This document shows positions 31,625 to 41,803 of a stretch of 64,000 bases of DNA, piece after piece (positions within the stretch are counted from its first letter, which is position 1; each line of letters opens with the position of its first letter). The DNA comes from an uncultured Methanosarcinales archaeon (GTDB taxonomy: Archaea > Nanobdellota > Nanobdellia > Woesearchaeales > CAYZNE01). The DNA lies in assembly GCA_964405295.1 (NCBI GenBank), contig CAYONI010000001.1, positions 1-64,000 on the forward strand. The letters run 5' to 3'. The translations under genes were made by a program, and so were the position numbers. A model generated the notes under the pieces. That model ran no database searches. It was not told where the DNA came from and worked only from the letters and a program-made list of their open reading frames with translations.

Positions 31625-31896
31625 GTAGGTAAGTAGCTAACTTTCGCTCTTAGAGTGAGGAAAGTCTGCCCACCATAAAAGGTCAGCACGTATGTGTGTC
31701 TTGAAAAGGACGGCAACCACTCAGAAACGGTACCTCTTGAGTGCAGAATGATGGATTAAATCCTGACATTGCTTAAGGATGGTTGAAACGGTGAGCCCTG
31801 ACTGGTGCAAGTTGTATAACGCTTAGTAGAATGTTAGCAAAGTTCATCCAAGCTTCGGCTTTGGGACTTACAGAAGGCAGCTTATCGCTTGCCTAC
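31625..31896 (+). ncRNA. rnpB: RNase P RNA
   Basis: P1 GTAGGTAAG/CTTGCCTAC; CR-I GAGGAAAGTCTGCC; CR-V ACAGAAGGCAGCTTA, forming P4. Confidence 0.92.
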
Positions 31897-31917
31897 ACTT
31901 TTAATTTTGGTGAGAAC

Positions 31918-32316
31918 ATGAAAAAAACTAATATAATCTTAATATCTGTGTTGATTATTTCTATATTGATTCTTTCTGGTTGCGGAAAGAACTATGTTTG
32001 TGCAGATGGGTCTGTAAAAGATGCAAAAGAATTATGTGCATACAACAAGGTTGCATCTATCCGAGATAGAGATGCAGATCAGAATGCAGAAAACTATGTT
32101 AAAGGTTATTTATTAAACACAGATTATAGATATACTTATGTTAATTCTGTTCTGAATGAAGGAGATTTTGAAGTTAAGTTTATTATCTCTTCTAAATATG
32201 ATCCAAATACCTACGAATCTTTAATTCTTGTAGATGGAATCACGGGTAATCCTGAATGTGTAGAAGGATGTGATTTTATGCAGCAAGTTGTTGAAGTAAA
32301 TCAAACAGAAATTTAA
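31918..32316 (+). CDS. Hypothetical lipoprotein
   Basis: Start moved to ATG 31918 (GGTGA SD); lipobox ILSGC. Confidence 0.7.
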   Translation: MKKTNIILISVLIISILILSGCGKNYVCADGSVKDAKELCAYNKVASIRDRDADQNAENYVKGYLLNTDYRYTYVNSVLNEGDFEVKFIISSKYDPNTYESLILVDGITGNPECVEGCDFMQQVVEVNQTEI

Positions 32317-32729
32317 GGTTCTTCCTGTCTTTCAGCGAGATTTTTCTCTTTGTAAGGGCAATCGAGATATTGATCCGGCTTATAATGTGCACAAGTAGTA
32401 TGTAAAACTAATTCTCCAAGCCCATATAACCCTCCAATAATTGCTGCCTTTTTCCAATTCTTTTTTACTTGTTTTATGATTAAAGGACCATACTTTTTTG
32501 TAATATACCTAGAACCAATAATTATGTGAGGTATTGTTAAAACAACCTTTACCCCAATTTTGCAACAAGCTTCAGCGATATCACCTACTTCGGTCATATC
32601 ATCTGAGTCATTAATTTCTTTAATAGTTTTAACAAGTCCTATAGGGGCATGAATAATGTCTTTTATTGCTTCTCCTATGTCCGATAGTCCTTCATTAGTA
32701 ATTTTTAATCCATAAAATGTAACACTCAT
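32313..32729 (-). CDS. Hypothetical protein
   Basis: 138-aa ORF with an AGGTGA SD. Confidence 0.55.
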   Translation of the reverse strand: MSVTFYGLKITNEGLSDIGEAIKDIIHAPIGLVKTIKEINDSDDMTEVGDIAEACCKIGVKVVLTIPHIIIGSRYITKKYGPLIIKQVKKNWKKAAIIGGLYGLGELVLHTTCAHYKPDQYLDCPYKEKNLAERQEEP

Positions 32730-32832
32730 CTTATCACCTTTATATGTGTAAAAGACGAAAATGCTTTTGAGTATTTAAACCCTTGCCATGTTGATAAATA
32801 ACTATTTAAATAAGCTCTAATTGAGTAATTAT

Positions 32833-34806
32833 ATGATTCTTGGACATATAATTGGCAAAATAACAACAACTCACTTCACTTTTGAGATAGAAAAACAAAC
32901 AAAGAAATTCGAGTTTGTTCAGATTTATCATAAGTTGTATGATTATGTTTTATGTCAGGTAATTGAGATTGAAAGAAATTCAAGAGATATTGCTAAATGT
33001 GTTGTTCTTGGAAGATTAGATGATAAAGGGAATATAAGGGGTATAAGGGTTCCTTTTGATCATAATTCTGAAGTTTTTAGAGCAGAAGATAAATTAATAA
33101 AAAATATTATTCAATTAGATTCTGAGAAAGATGCGTCTGCATTCCTGGGTGTTCTTGATGGTAGAAACATTAATGTTTTTCTTAATCTTCAAAAATTATT
33201 AACAAAGCATGTTGCAATTCTTGCAAAGTCTGGTGCAGGAAAGAGTTATTCTGTTGGGGTTCTTATTGAAGAGATAATAAATAAGAAAATTCCTTTGCTT
33301 GTTATTGATCCTCACGGAGAATATTCTTCGCTTAATATTGCAAATGATAATTTGCAAGAGTTAGAACTACTAAAAAAGTTAGGTTTAAAACCTCAGGGGT
33401 TTAAAGTAAAAGAGTATGGTAACACCCAGGTTAATCCTAACTGCATTCCTCTGAGGTTAAGTAATAAACTTGCTAGCAGTGAGGTAATGCACCTTTTACC
33501 AAAGCTAACTTCTAATCAGCAAGCCATTCTCTATGGTGCAATAAAGAATATTGAAGAGCTTAATTTTACTAACTTACTGCTCGAATTGGATGCAGAAGAA
33601 AATAATGCAAAGTGGGGAATAATAAATATTATTGAGCACATTAAAAACTTAAATGTATTCTCTGAAAATCACACTCCTTATCAAGAATTAGTTAAACCTG
33701 GTTCTTGTTCAATCATAAATCTAAAGGGAATTTCTCCTGATGCACAAGAAATTATTGTCTATAAACTATTAAAAGATCTTTTTGAGCTGAGAAAGAAGAA
33801 TTCTATTGCACCATTTTTCCTTATAGTCGAAGAAGCACATAATTTTTGTCCTGAAAGGAGTTTCGGAGAAATGAAATCAAGCAAAATTTTACGAACAATT
33901 GCAAGTGAAGGAAGAAAATTTGGTATGGGCTTGTGTGTTGTGAGTCAAAGGCCTGCACGTGTAGATAAATCTGTTCTTAGCCAATGCACAACTCAGATAA
34001 TTCTGAAAGTTACTAATCCAAATGATCTTAAGGCAATATCTAATAGTGTTGAAGGTATTAATTCTGAATCGATAAATGAAATTCAGAATCTTGCAATCGG
34101 AACTGCCATGGTAACGGGTATAGTTGATATCCCACTATTTGTTAATGTCAGGCCAAGAAAGTCAAAGCACGGTGGAACTGCAGTAGACATACTAAACATT
34201 GATGATAAATTCTTTGAAAAAGTTCAAGAGTTTAGTGAAAAAGAGTTGCTTCCAGTAATTGCACCAAAGATGACCATTAAGGATGTTATTCTTATGTCTG
34301 ATTCTGATGTAGAAAATGTCAAGGTAATACTTGTTCCTGCATTCCAAGTTGTCTGTTGTGCAAAAGATAATGAGGAGTTTAATATTCTCGTCGAGAGAAG
34401 TAAAGGTGATGTTATCATTGATCTTGAAGAATTCAAGACAAAAAAGATCCCAGAATTATATTTATTAGACAAAGATGCAGTTACTGCACTTAAGCAAGCT
34501 CATAGGCTTAAAGAGTTTAAAGCAAAAGAAATAAAAGATGTGGATGATAGAGGTTATACTTTGCACTTACTTGTTGATTATGGTTATCTTACTCACGAGA
34601 AGAATCTTTACAAGCTTTCAGACAGATATATTTTTTCAAGACTTGATAAGTTCCAAGAGTTTTCTACAATAGAATATAAAAATATTGAGTATCATGAAAA
34701 GAAAGATGCAGTTGTTGACGATGAAGCAATAAAGAATAAATTGCATAAGTACACAACAGTTATTGAGTGTCGTGAATGTTTTGTTGTTAAATACGAGCCT
34801 GAGTGA
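32833..34806 (+). CDS. HerA/DUF87 family ATPase with C-terminal extension
   Basis: HAS-barrel N-terminus, HVAILAKSGAGKS, IDPHGEY, EEAHNF, EGRKFG, SQRP. Confidence 0.88.
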   Translation: MILGHIIGKITTTHFTFEIEKQTKKFEFVQIYHKLYDYVLCQVIEIERNSRDIAKCVVLGRLDDKGNIRGIRVPFDHNSEVFRAEDKLIKNIIQLDSEKDASAFLGVLDGRNINVFLNLQKLLTKHVAILAKSGAGKSYSVGVLIEEIINKKIPLLVIDPHGEYSSLNIANDNLQELELLKKLGLKPQGFKVKEYGNTQVNPNCIPLRLSNKLASSEVMHLLPKLTSNQQAILYGAIKNIEELNFTNLLLELDAEENNAKWGIINIIEHIKNLNVFSENHTPYQELVKPGSCSIINLKGISPDAQEIIVYKLLKDLFELRKKNSIAPFFLIVEEAHNFCPERSFGEMKSSKILRTIASEGRKFGMGLCVVSQRPARVDKSVLSQCTTQIILKVTNPNDLKAISNSVEGINSESINEIQNLAIGTAMVTGIVDIPLFVNVRPRKSKHGGTAVDILNIDDKFFEKVQEFSEKELLPVIAPKMTIKDVILMSDSDVENVKVILVPAFQVVCCAKDNEEFNILVERSKGDVIIDLEEFKTKKIPELYLLDKDAVTALKQAHRLKEFKAKEIKDVDDRGYTLHLLVDYGYLTHEKNLYKLSDRYIFSRLDKFQEFSTIEYKNIEYHEKKDAVVDDEAIKNKLHKYTTVIECRECFVVKYEPE

Positions 34807-35634
34807 TTATTCTCCATAACAAGTTTTTTTATACAAGCAATTAATACACTTCTTATTTATTTTTCCTTCAAATGAAGGAAGTTTATCTGGAATAATTTTT
34901 CCTTCAAGAATTGTGATAACTTTATCTCTTGTAGAGAATATTTCATCTCTAAGAAAAGGGTTGAGAATAACTTCTCTGTCTTGTTCAAAGTCAAGGTATC
35001 TAACAATTCCAAATTCCACTTTTTTATTTTCATAGTGTTCTTGACAAAGAAGCATATAGCATCCAACTTGTAATTTGTGTGATGGCCAAACTCCTTGTCT
35101 TGGCATTGAGCCTGTTTTTAATTCTATTGGAACAACGTTCTCATCTGTGAATTCAACAGAGTCTATTATTCCTCTAAGCATTAGGTTCTCTGATTCAATA
35201 AACATTTCTGCTGTTTGCTCAGTTTTTATGTGTTGAAGAATATCTTTTCCTAAAACTTTGTGCTCAATAACTATTTCATGTATTGATTCTGCAACCTGTT
35301 TTGCTAGTGCGGTAAATGTTTCTATAAACTCGTTTGTTATTGTTTGAACATCTAAGTTAATCTTTTGCATTGTCTTAATGTTGTTAACTATGGTTCTTCT
35401 AACCAATTCAAGATAATTTTCTCTGAAAAGATTGAATATAAAATCAAAATCTCCTCTAGAAACTTTTGTAATAATAAAATCAAACCTTATGCTTGCCTCT
35501 TCTTCAATTTTGTGTCTGATTTTCCCCTTGACAAGTGCTTCATTTGGTTCTACTCGTATCTTTAAAACTTTAGAATAGTATATTTTTCTAGGGCAATATT
35601 GATACTCAGATAGTAATGTTACAGGAATTATCAT
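34807..35634 (-). CDS. cas4: Solo Cas4-like PD-(D/E)xK nuclease with Fe-S cluster ligands
   Basis: YCPRK, GIID, ELKTG, QVGCY, C-terminal CxxCxxxxxC. No CRISPR array or cas1 in the window. Confidence 0.85.
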   Translation of the reverse strand: MIIPVTLLSEYQYCPRKIYYSKVLKIRVEPNEALVKGKIRHKIEEEASIRFDFIITKVSRGDFDFIFNLFRENYLELVRRTIVNNIKTMQKINLDVQTITNEFIETFTALAKQVAESIHEIVIEHKVLGKDILQHIKTEQTAEMFIESENLMLRGIIDSVEFTDENVVPIELKTGSMPRQGVWPSHKLQVGCYMLLCQEHYENKKVEFGIVRYLDFEQDREVILNPFLRDEIFSTRDKVITILEGKIIPDKLPSFEGKINKKCINCLYKKTCYGE

Positions 35635-35727
35635 ATTATTAACAGTAGGTATTTTGTTTATAAGTTTTCTCTGAGTCTGACTTGTGTTTTCATAAATATT
35701 TTAAATACATCAGTTATTCTTGGTGTT

Positions 35728-36549
35728 ATGAACCACTACATACTTCGATATGGAGAAATTGCACTAAAAGGTAAGAATAGAGGACACTTTGAAAATAGGC
35801 TTGCCGGTAACATTAATATCTATGTGAAATCACGTTATGACACAGATTCAAGCGTTACAAAAATAAGAGGAAGATTAGTTCTTGCAACTGATGCAGATGT
35901 TGATTTAAGGCCGATATTTGGTTTAGTTTCTTATAGTAAAGCAGTTAAAGTTGAGAAAGAAATTGAGGCAATCAAACAAATAGCTCTTGAAGAGTTTGCA
36001 AAGATATCTACCAGCCAAACATTTAGAGTTGAAACTCATAGATTAGATAAATCTTTTCCTATGAAATCTCCTGAGATAAGTCGAGATGTTGGTGAAGGGA
36101 TTTATGAAAAATATAAAACCGAAGTTGATTTTAAAAATCCTGATGCAGTGTTGGGTGTAGAGATTCATAATAAAACTGCATTCATCTACACTGAAACAGT
36201 AAGGTGTTTTGGAGGTCTTCCTTTAGGTTCTTCAGAAAAGATTTTAGTGCCATTAAAAAATAACCGATCAATTCTAACTGCACTTAATCTGATGAGGAGA
36301 GGGTGTCTAATAACTTTTGTTGGCGATAAAAAAGAACTTTCTCTAATAAAATTATTTAATAATTATAAAGATCCTGTAATTATAAAAGAATATGAAGCTT
36401 TAAACGAGGAAATAAAAGCTTATGCTTCACCAAATGAAATTAGTAACCTTGATAAAGACAAAGATTTCCTCATGCTCTATCCTATTGCATTATTATCTGA
36501 TAAAGAAGTTGAAGAGGATTTAAAGAAATATGAAGAAATACAAAAATAA
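35728..36549 (+). CDS. THUMP-domain ThiI-like protein with degenerate catalytic domain
   Basis: RYGEIALKGKNR, THUMP domain, GGLPLG, but no SGGIDS PP-loop. Confidence 0.8.
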   Translation: MNHYILRYGEIALKGKNRGHFENRLAGNINIYVKSRYDTDSSVTKIRGRLVLATDADVDLRPIFGLVSYSKAVKVEKEIEAIKQIALEEFAKISTSQTFRVETHRLDKSFPMKSPEISRDVGEGIYEKYKTEVDFKNPDAVLGVEIHNKTAFIYTETVRCFGGLPLGSSEKILVPLKNNRSILTALNLMRRGCLITFVGDKKELSLIKLFNNYKDPVIIKEYEALNEEIKAYASPNEISNLDKDKDFLMLYPIALLSDKEVEEDLKKYEEIQK

Positions 36550-37333
36550 TGAGATTTTTGGTCATTCAACAAAGTTGAATACTTACAATAATATTTCAAT
36601 ACTTGGAACAAATCATATTGCTAAACAATCTATCACTGAGATAAAAAAGGCTTTCAAAAAGCTTAATCCTGAAATTGTTTGTTTAGAATTAGATAGCCAG
36701 AGATATGCTGGCCTAATGAGTAATAAAAAACAATCTTTTAATCCAAGAATAATTAAGCAGGTTGGTGTTAGAGGCTTTTTCTTCTCTTTTATTGGAGGGA
36801 TTGTTCAAAAATCTTTTGCAAAAAAGACAGGTCATAAACCTGGTGTTGACATGAAGACTGCATCAGGCCTAGCTAAAAAGAATAATGCTAAAATATTATT
36901 GATTGATCAACCAATCAAGAGAACTCTTTGGAATATTAGCCATAAGATTTCTAAGAAAGATAAGAAACATTTTGGTTCAGATATTTTTTGGAGTATGATT
37001 CTTGCGCTTCTTGGTAAAAAACTTTTTTTTAAAGTATTCAGAAGTGATAAGATAAGAAAACTTATCTATAATCGAATTTTGTTTATTGGATCACAGAGTT
37101 TTGATATTAATACAATACCGGACCAAGATTTAGTTTTGCAAATGATGGAAAAAGTTAGATATGTTTATCCTTCTGTGTATAAAATTTTGATACACGATAG
37201 AAATAAGTTTATGGCAACAAATTTGTACAACATAACTCTGAAGAATCCTGGTAAAAAAATAATTGCTATCGTCGGTGCAGGACATGTTCCTGGTATACTA
37301 GAACTATTAAGGAAGTATGATGCTAAAAACTAA
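36530..37333 (+). CDS. TraB/PrgY family protein
   Basis: LGTNH, LELD, RN..MA, VGAGHVPG. Confidence 0.88.
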   Translation: MKKYKNNEIFGHSTKLNTYNNISILGTNHIAKQSITEIKKAFKKLNPEIVCLELDSQRYAGLMSNKKQSFNPRIIKQVGVRGFFFSFIGGIVQKSFAKKTGHKPGVDMKTASGLAKKNNAKILLIDQPIKRTLWNISHKISKKDKKHFGSDIFWSMILALLGKKLFFKVFRSDKIRKLIYNRILFIGSQSFDINTIPDQDLVLQMMEKVRYVYPSVYKILIHDRNKFMATNLYNITLKNPGKKIIAIVGAGHVPGILELLRKYDAKN

Positions 37334-38064
37334 ATATTCTTTTGCATAATTTTTACAAATTCTTTTTTGCCTTTCTCACAGGCTTTTAGGAGAATTTTTA
37401 TACTTTTCTTTCTGATTGCATAGTTAGGACTCATCATTTTTTTAATGTCATTTTCAAACTCGAAAAGAGGTTTTTTAAAACCTTTTTTTACTAAATAATC
37501 AGTAATAAAATTTTTTACTAATTTTTTTTTAGAATTATATCTGTTTAATGCAAGTCTCTTTGTTAATATTTGACTAAGTTGATAATATAACCTATTAAAC
37601 CAATTAAAACTTGCAATTTTACTAAGAGGCTCTTTTTTCTCTTTAATCAATGTTTGTTTAATAACCCTATTTGATGTTTTACAGAAGATAAAGGATAGAT
37701 CTTTTTTGAATTCTGCATCAAGAAAATACTCTGCGATAATATGATTTATAGCGTAGAGTTTTAGTTTGTCTAACTTGTCATGCACTTCATAATCAATAAT
37801 TGCATGGCTCATAAATCCCAGTGCAAAAGATTTCTCTTTTTTTGTCCTAGCAATTTTTAATAAATGTTTTGCGAAGGTAATTGTTGAATTAATTCCTCTA
37901 TGTAGATAAATACTGAATTGCTTCTTTTTGTTTGGAATAAAATACCCTATATCAGGGAAAACGCTTCCTGAAAGAAAATATTTGATATTTATATCTTTGA
38001 AAAGTGTTGGTCTTTCTTGGATTAATTCTTTCATTATAGAAAGGTGTGTTGTTGGATTTGGCAT
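37330..38064 (-). CDS. Zinc-dependent phospholipase C family protein
   Basis: MP...TH, GSVFPD, GFMSH...D..VH, H...E..LD. Confidence 0.8.
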   Translation of the reverse strand: MPNPTTHLSIMKELIQERPTLFKDINIKYFLSGSVFPDIGYFIPNKKKQFSIYLHRGINSTITFAKHLLKIARTKKEKSFALGFMSHAIIDYEVHDKLDKLKLYAINHIIAEYFLDAEFKKDLSFIFCKTSNRVIKQTLIKEKKEPLSKIASFNWFNRLYYQLSQILTKRLALNRYNSKKKLVKNFITDYLVKKGFKKPLFEFENDIKKMMSPNYAIRKKSIKILLKACEKGKKEFVKIMQKNI

Positions 38065-38065
38065 T

Positions 38066-38821
38066 TTAGTTATGGTCTATAAATCTGTTTATTCTTTTCA
38101 TTTCACTAGTAGATATGTGATTTTTGAAATGTGATTTTTTTGGTGAAGGAGGCACGTGTGGTGCAGCCACATAGATTATCATTAATTTTTTAGCTTTCTT
38201 TTCAAATTCATCTATGCATTCTTCTGCATTCACAAGTTCATCATTTTTATTGATAATTAAGATATATGGTTTGTTATGAAATCTTGTTCTTCTGTCATTA
38301 GTTAATAATAGGCCCATTGTCTCAAAAAATGTTTTTGGGTCATTGTGTTTTAATATATTATTTACTATATTTTTAGGATATCCTTCTTTTTGCATAAGTT
38401 CACTAAAGAATTGACTTTCCCATGCAAGATGGTGTGCATTTAACTTTCCAATGGTTTTTACTAAAACTCTTGTTATTCCAATTTGTTTCTTATCCATTCT
38501 TAATTTTTCACAATCAAGATATGGTTCAATTGCGATTATTGCTCTGGCATTTTTAGCAGCCTTAGTATTGTTTGCAACCAGAAAGCCCAGAGAAATTCCA
38601 CCAAGAATATAATTGTCTAGTTGTAGATTGCTTATCTTATCATCCATATAATTAGCATAATTCTTTATAGATATTTTTGCCAATGCAGGAAGATCTTTTC
38701 TAAAGCCTGGCAAATCAAACGCATAAACCTTGAAGAATTCACTGAGATATTCTACAAATCCCTTGATTATATGTTTATTTGATGCAAATCCATTAATTAA
38801 TATTAAATTTGGTTTTTTCAT
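38066..38821 (-). CDS. Alpha/beta hydrolase
   Basis: NGF, DLPGF, nucleophile elbow GISLG, DELV, C-terminal His. Confidence 0.82.
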   Translation of the reverse strand: MKKPNLILINGFASNKHIIKGFVEYLSEFFKVYAFDLPGFRKDLPALAKISIKNYANYMDDKISNLQLDNYILGGISLGFLVANNTKAAKNARAIIAIEPYLDCEKLRMDKKQIGITRVLVKTIGKLNAHHLAWESQFFSELMQKEGYPKNIVNNILKHNDPKTFFETMGLLLTNDRRTRFHNKPYILIINKNDELVNAEECIDEFEKKAKKLMIIYVAAPHVPPSPKKSHFKNHISTSEMKRINRFIDHN

Positions 38822-38895
38822 ATTATCATTTCTACAATGGTCTTTTAAAAAGATTACTAAATAGATTTAAATAGATTGTTAGAGTTACACCTATT

Positions 38896-39354
38896 ATGGA
38901 CGGTGTGAACAGGATAAAGTTAGGTGAAGAAGTTTTTGACTTATTTGAATATGGGTTGGCAAGGTATATTATAAAGCGAAGATTAGATTCTCCAAGAAAT
39001 TTAAAAGAAGGGGATCAGGTTTCACTAATAAAATATGACCAAAGTGTGCTTTACGGTAAAGTTGACAAGATTATTATAGGAACATCAAAGAAAATTCTAG
39101 ATAAAATATTACTAGATGATGTCTGTTCAGATAAAAGGTTTGTTGAAGAAAAGTTTAAAGCAAAAAAATATAATAAATATATTCGAGTTATTCCTAGAAG
39201 TGATACCCTAAAAGAAAATTTAAAAGGCTCAATTATTAGATCTTATTCTTATTATTCTAAAGAATCAATACTGGTTTTTGTGCAATTAAAAGATTTTTTT
39301 TATAAGTTACCAAAAGATACTGATCAGTATGAAATTAACTTAAATTTTTTTTAG
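38896..39354 (+). CDS. Hypothetical protein (possibly ASCH/PUA-like)
   Basis: 152-aa ORF; LKEGD motif only. Confidence 0.45.
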   Translation: MDGVNRIKLGEEVFDLFEYGLARYIIKRRLDSPRNLKEGDQVSLIKYDQSVLYGKVDKIIIGTSKKILDKILLDDVCSDKRFVEEKFKAKKYNKYIRVIPRSDTLKENLKGSIIRSYSYYSKESILVFVQLKDFFYKLPKDTDQYEINLNFF

Positions 39355-40319
39355 TCACAAACTGCGCCAATCTTTGCAAGAAGAGCTTCTAGTTGAATAA
39401 ATTCATCACTTCCTTCAACTAATCTGAATTCTATATCCCCACAAAGCTTGATTATTTCTAATTTTTCTTTGTCTTTAACAGATTCAATGTTCCAAACGTT
39501 TTGCTGAATTTGTTTAATAACATCAATTCCAGAAAGTCCATATTCAAGCATAACTTTGAAAAGTAGTTTTTTAGAATCTAAGAATTTTCCTTGTGCAGCC
39601 ATTTCTAAGAGCTCAATTATTTCTTTTGGTTTTGCAACACTTGCAACTTTGAAAACAATGTCTTCATCAATTTTATCAGAAATTGCACAACAACTCTGCA
39701 TTAAATTTTCTAATCTTCTTACATCACCACTGCTTGCTTCATAAAGTGCTTCAAAACCTGCATCAGTTATCTTTAGTTTTTCATCCTTAACAATTTTGTC
39801 AACAATCTTTTTAATTTCTTCTTTTGGTAGAAGCTTAAATCTAAAAACTACGCATCTTGATTGTATAGGGTCAAGGATTTTAGAAGAGTAATTGCAGGAT
39901 AGTATGAAACGGCATGTCTGAGTGTAGTTCTCCATGGTTCTTCTAAGAGCTTGTTGTGCCTCTTTTGTTAGGGCATCGCACTCATCTAGATAGATAATTT
40001 TGAATGGAACCTTTCCAATAGCTTTTGTTCTTGCAAAGTCTTTAACTTTAACTCTAACAACATCAATACCTCTTTCATCAGAAGCATTTAGCTCTAGAGT
40101 ATTGTCTCTCCAGCTTTCTCCAAACAATTGTCTAGCTATAACTAGAGCCATTGTTGTCTTGCCAATACCTGCTGGTCCAGCAAACATTAAGTGAGGCATA
40201 TTTTTCTTTTTTACAAAGGCCTCAACTCTCTTAACTGCTTCTTTTTGTCCTTTAATCTCAGAAAAAGTCTTGGGTCTGTATTTCTCAGTCCATATGCTTA
40301 AAGCTGTTTTGTCAATCAT
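39351..40319 (-). CDS. rfcS: Replication factor C small subunit
   Basis: WTEKYRP, GPAGIGKTT, ELNASDERG, AQQALRRTME, SRC. No intein. Confidence 0.96.
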   Translation of the reverse strand: MIDKTALSIWTEKYRPKTFSEIKGQKEAVKRVEAFVKKKNMPHLMFAGPAGIGKTTMALVIARQLFGESWRDNTLELNASDERGIDVVRVKVKDFARTKAIGKVPFKIIYLDECDALTKEAQQALRRTMENYTQTCRFILSCNYSSKILDPIQSRCVVFRFKLLPKEEIKKIVDKIVKDEKLKITDAGFEALYEASSGDVRRLENLMQSCCAISDKIDEDIVFKVASVAKPKEIIELLEMAAQGKFLDSKKLLFKVMLEYGLSGIDVIKQIQQNVWNIESVKDKEKLEIIKLCGDIEFRLVEGSDEFIQLEALLAKIGAVCD

Positions 40320-40408
40320 TTTATATTATAGAAATGCTTGTGATTTATATAGGTTTTGGATATATCTTTCGAATACCTTTTTAAATCCTAATATTCATTA
40401 TTTTATAC

Positions 40409-41446
40409 ATGCGTTTCACAAAATTAAAATTTAAAAATAATATTGATAGTATTTTAACTCTATCTTTTAATCAAGGGTTTGATTCTTTTTTCATTAAAGC
40501 GGCAATAGTAAAATATGATTTTTTTAATAAGTTTGATATAAATGGAATGCCCTTTAACAAAATAGTAAAGAAATTTAATATTCCTGAAAAAAGCCTAAAT
40601 GTTCTATTACCTTTGTTTACAAGTTTTAATCTTTTAGTTTATAGAAAAGACAAATACTATTTAACTAATTACACTAAAGAATATTTCCTAAAAAAATCAG
40701 AAAAAAATATGGTTGATTTAATCAATTTTCGAAATTTTTTCTATCCTGAAAATATAACTTTTGAGATTATTTCTAAAGTATTAAAAACAGGAAAACCAAA
40801 TAACTATATGAAAAATTCTGGTGATTGGGTAAGTAGTATTGCAAACAATAAACTATTGGCTAAAACATTTACTAGTGCAATGGATAAAAGAGGAATATTT
40901 CTTGCTAGTAAGCTTGTTAATAAAATTGGTTTATCAAAAAATAATTATTTATTAGATATTGGGGGTAGTTCTGGAATTTATTCTTGTTTTTTGGCTGAAA
41001 AGTTCAAGAAATTAAAAATTGATATTTTAGAAATTCCTTCTGTTGCAAAAAATACTAGGTTAATTCTAAAGAAGAGAAAATTTGAAAAGAGAATAAATGT
41101 TATTGAAGGAGATATGTTTAAGTTTAATTCACATAAAAAGTATGATGTTCATTTATATTCTAATGTTATCCATGATTGGGATGTTAAAGATGTAAAAAGA
41201 TTATTTAGTCATAGTTATAAAAATCTTCCTCTAAATGGAAAAATTATTATTCATGATGGCCATCTTAAGTTTAATAAAAATAATATAAGCTTAATGCATA
41301 ATAATCTTCGGTTATTAATGTTTACTAAAGGTAGATATTACTATTATCATGAAATGCTAGATTTTTTAGAACAAGCAGGATTTACAAAGATTAAAGTAAA
41401 AAAGACTGTTTCTGGTAGAAGTTTAATAATTGGAATAAAAAATTAA
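40409..41446 (+). CDS. SAM-dependent O-methyltransferase (Methyltransf_2 with dimerisation domain)
   Basis: LLDIGGSSG, GDMF, SNVIHDW. Confidence 0.88.
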   Translation: MRFTKLKFKNNIDSILTLSFNQGFDSFFIKAAIVKYDFFNKFDINGMPFNKIVKKFNIPEKSLNVLLPLFTSFNLLVYRKDKYYLTNYTKEYFLKKSEKNMVDLINFRNFFYPENITFEIISKVLKTGKPNNYMKNSGDWVSSIANNKLLAKTFTSAMDKRGIFLASKLVNKIGLSKNNYLLDIGGSSGIYSCFLAEKFKKLKIDILEIPSVAKNTRLILKKRKFEKRINVIEGDMFKFNSHKKYDVHLYSNVIHDWDVKDVKRLFSHSYKNLPLNGKIIIHDGHLKFNKNNISLMHNNLRLLMFTKGRYYYYHEMLDFLEQAGFTKIKVKKTVSGRSLIIGIKN

Positions 41447-41464
41447 ATAAAAAAATAAAGAAGT

Positions 41465-41716
41465 TTATCTTCTTTTTTTCTTAGTTGCTTTTCTTTTAGC
41501 AGGTTTTCTTTTCTTAGCTACACCTACTTTTCTTTGAATCTTTTTCTCTGCAACTTCGATTTTTACTTCTTCTTTAAGGATTTTCGTAGCAATTCTTTCA
41601 ATATGATAATCCATTTTTGCAATTCTTCTTTCCATTAAAACTAAAACTCTTAATGAATATACTATTGCTGCTAAAGTTCCAATAATTATTGCTAATACAA
41701 CATGGTCAATTGCCAT
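41465..41716 (-). CDS. Small membrane protein with Lys/Arg-rich tail
   Basis: One TM, coiled coil, basic tail; GAGGTG SD. Confidence 0.7.
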   Translation of the reverse strand: MAIDHVVLAIIIGTLAAIVYSLRVLVLMERRIAKMDYHIERIATKILKEEVKIEVAEKKIQRKVGVAKKRKPAKRKATKKKRR

Positions 41717-41803
41717 TTAATAACACCTCACGTTAACTATATTAAATATAATAATAATCATATTACGAATAGCTTTTTAAATAGTTTTCGATTTATTTAA
41801 GCT

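Noticed and set aside
31831..31917. N-terminal extension of ORF 31831..32316
   Set aside because: Overlaps the RNase P RNA; ATG 31918 has an SD and a signal peptide.
11022..40319. Inteins in gyrA or rfcS
   Set aside because: Both proteins have normal length and continuous motifs.
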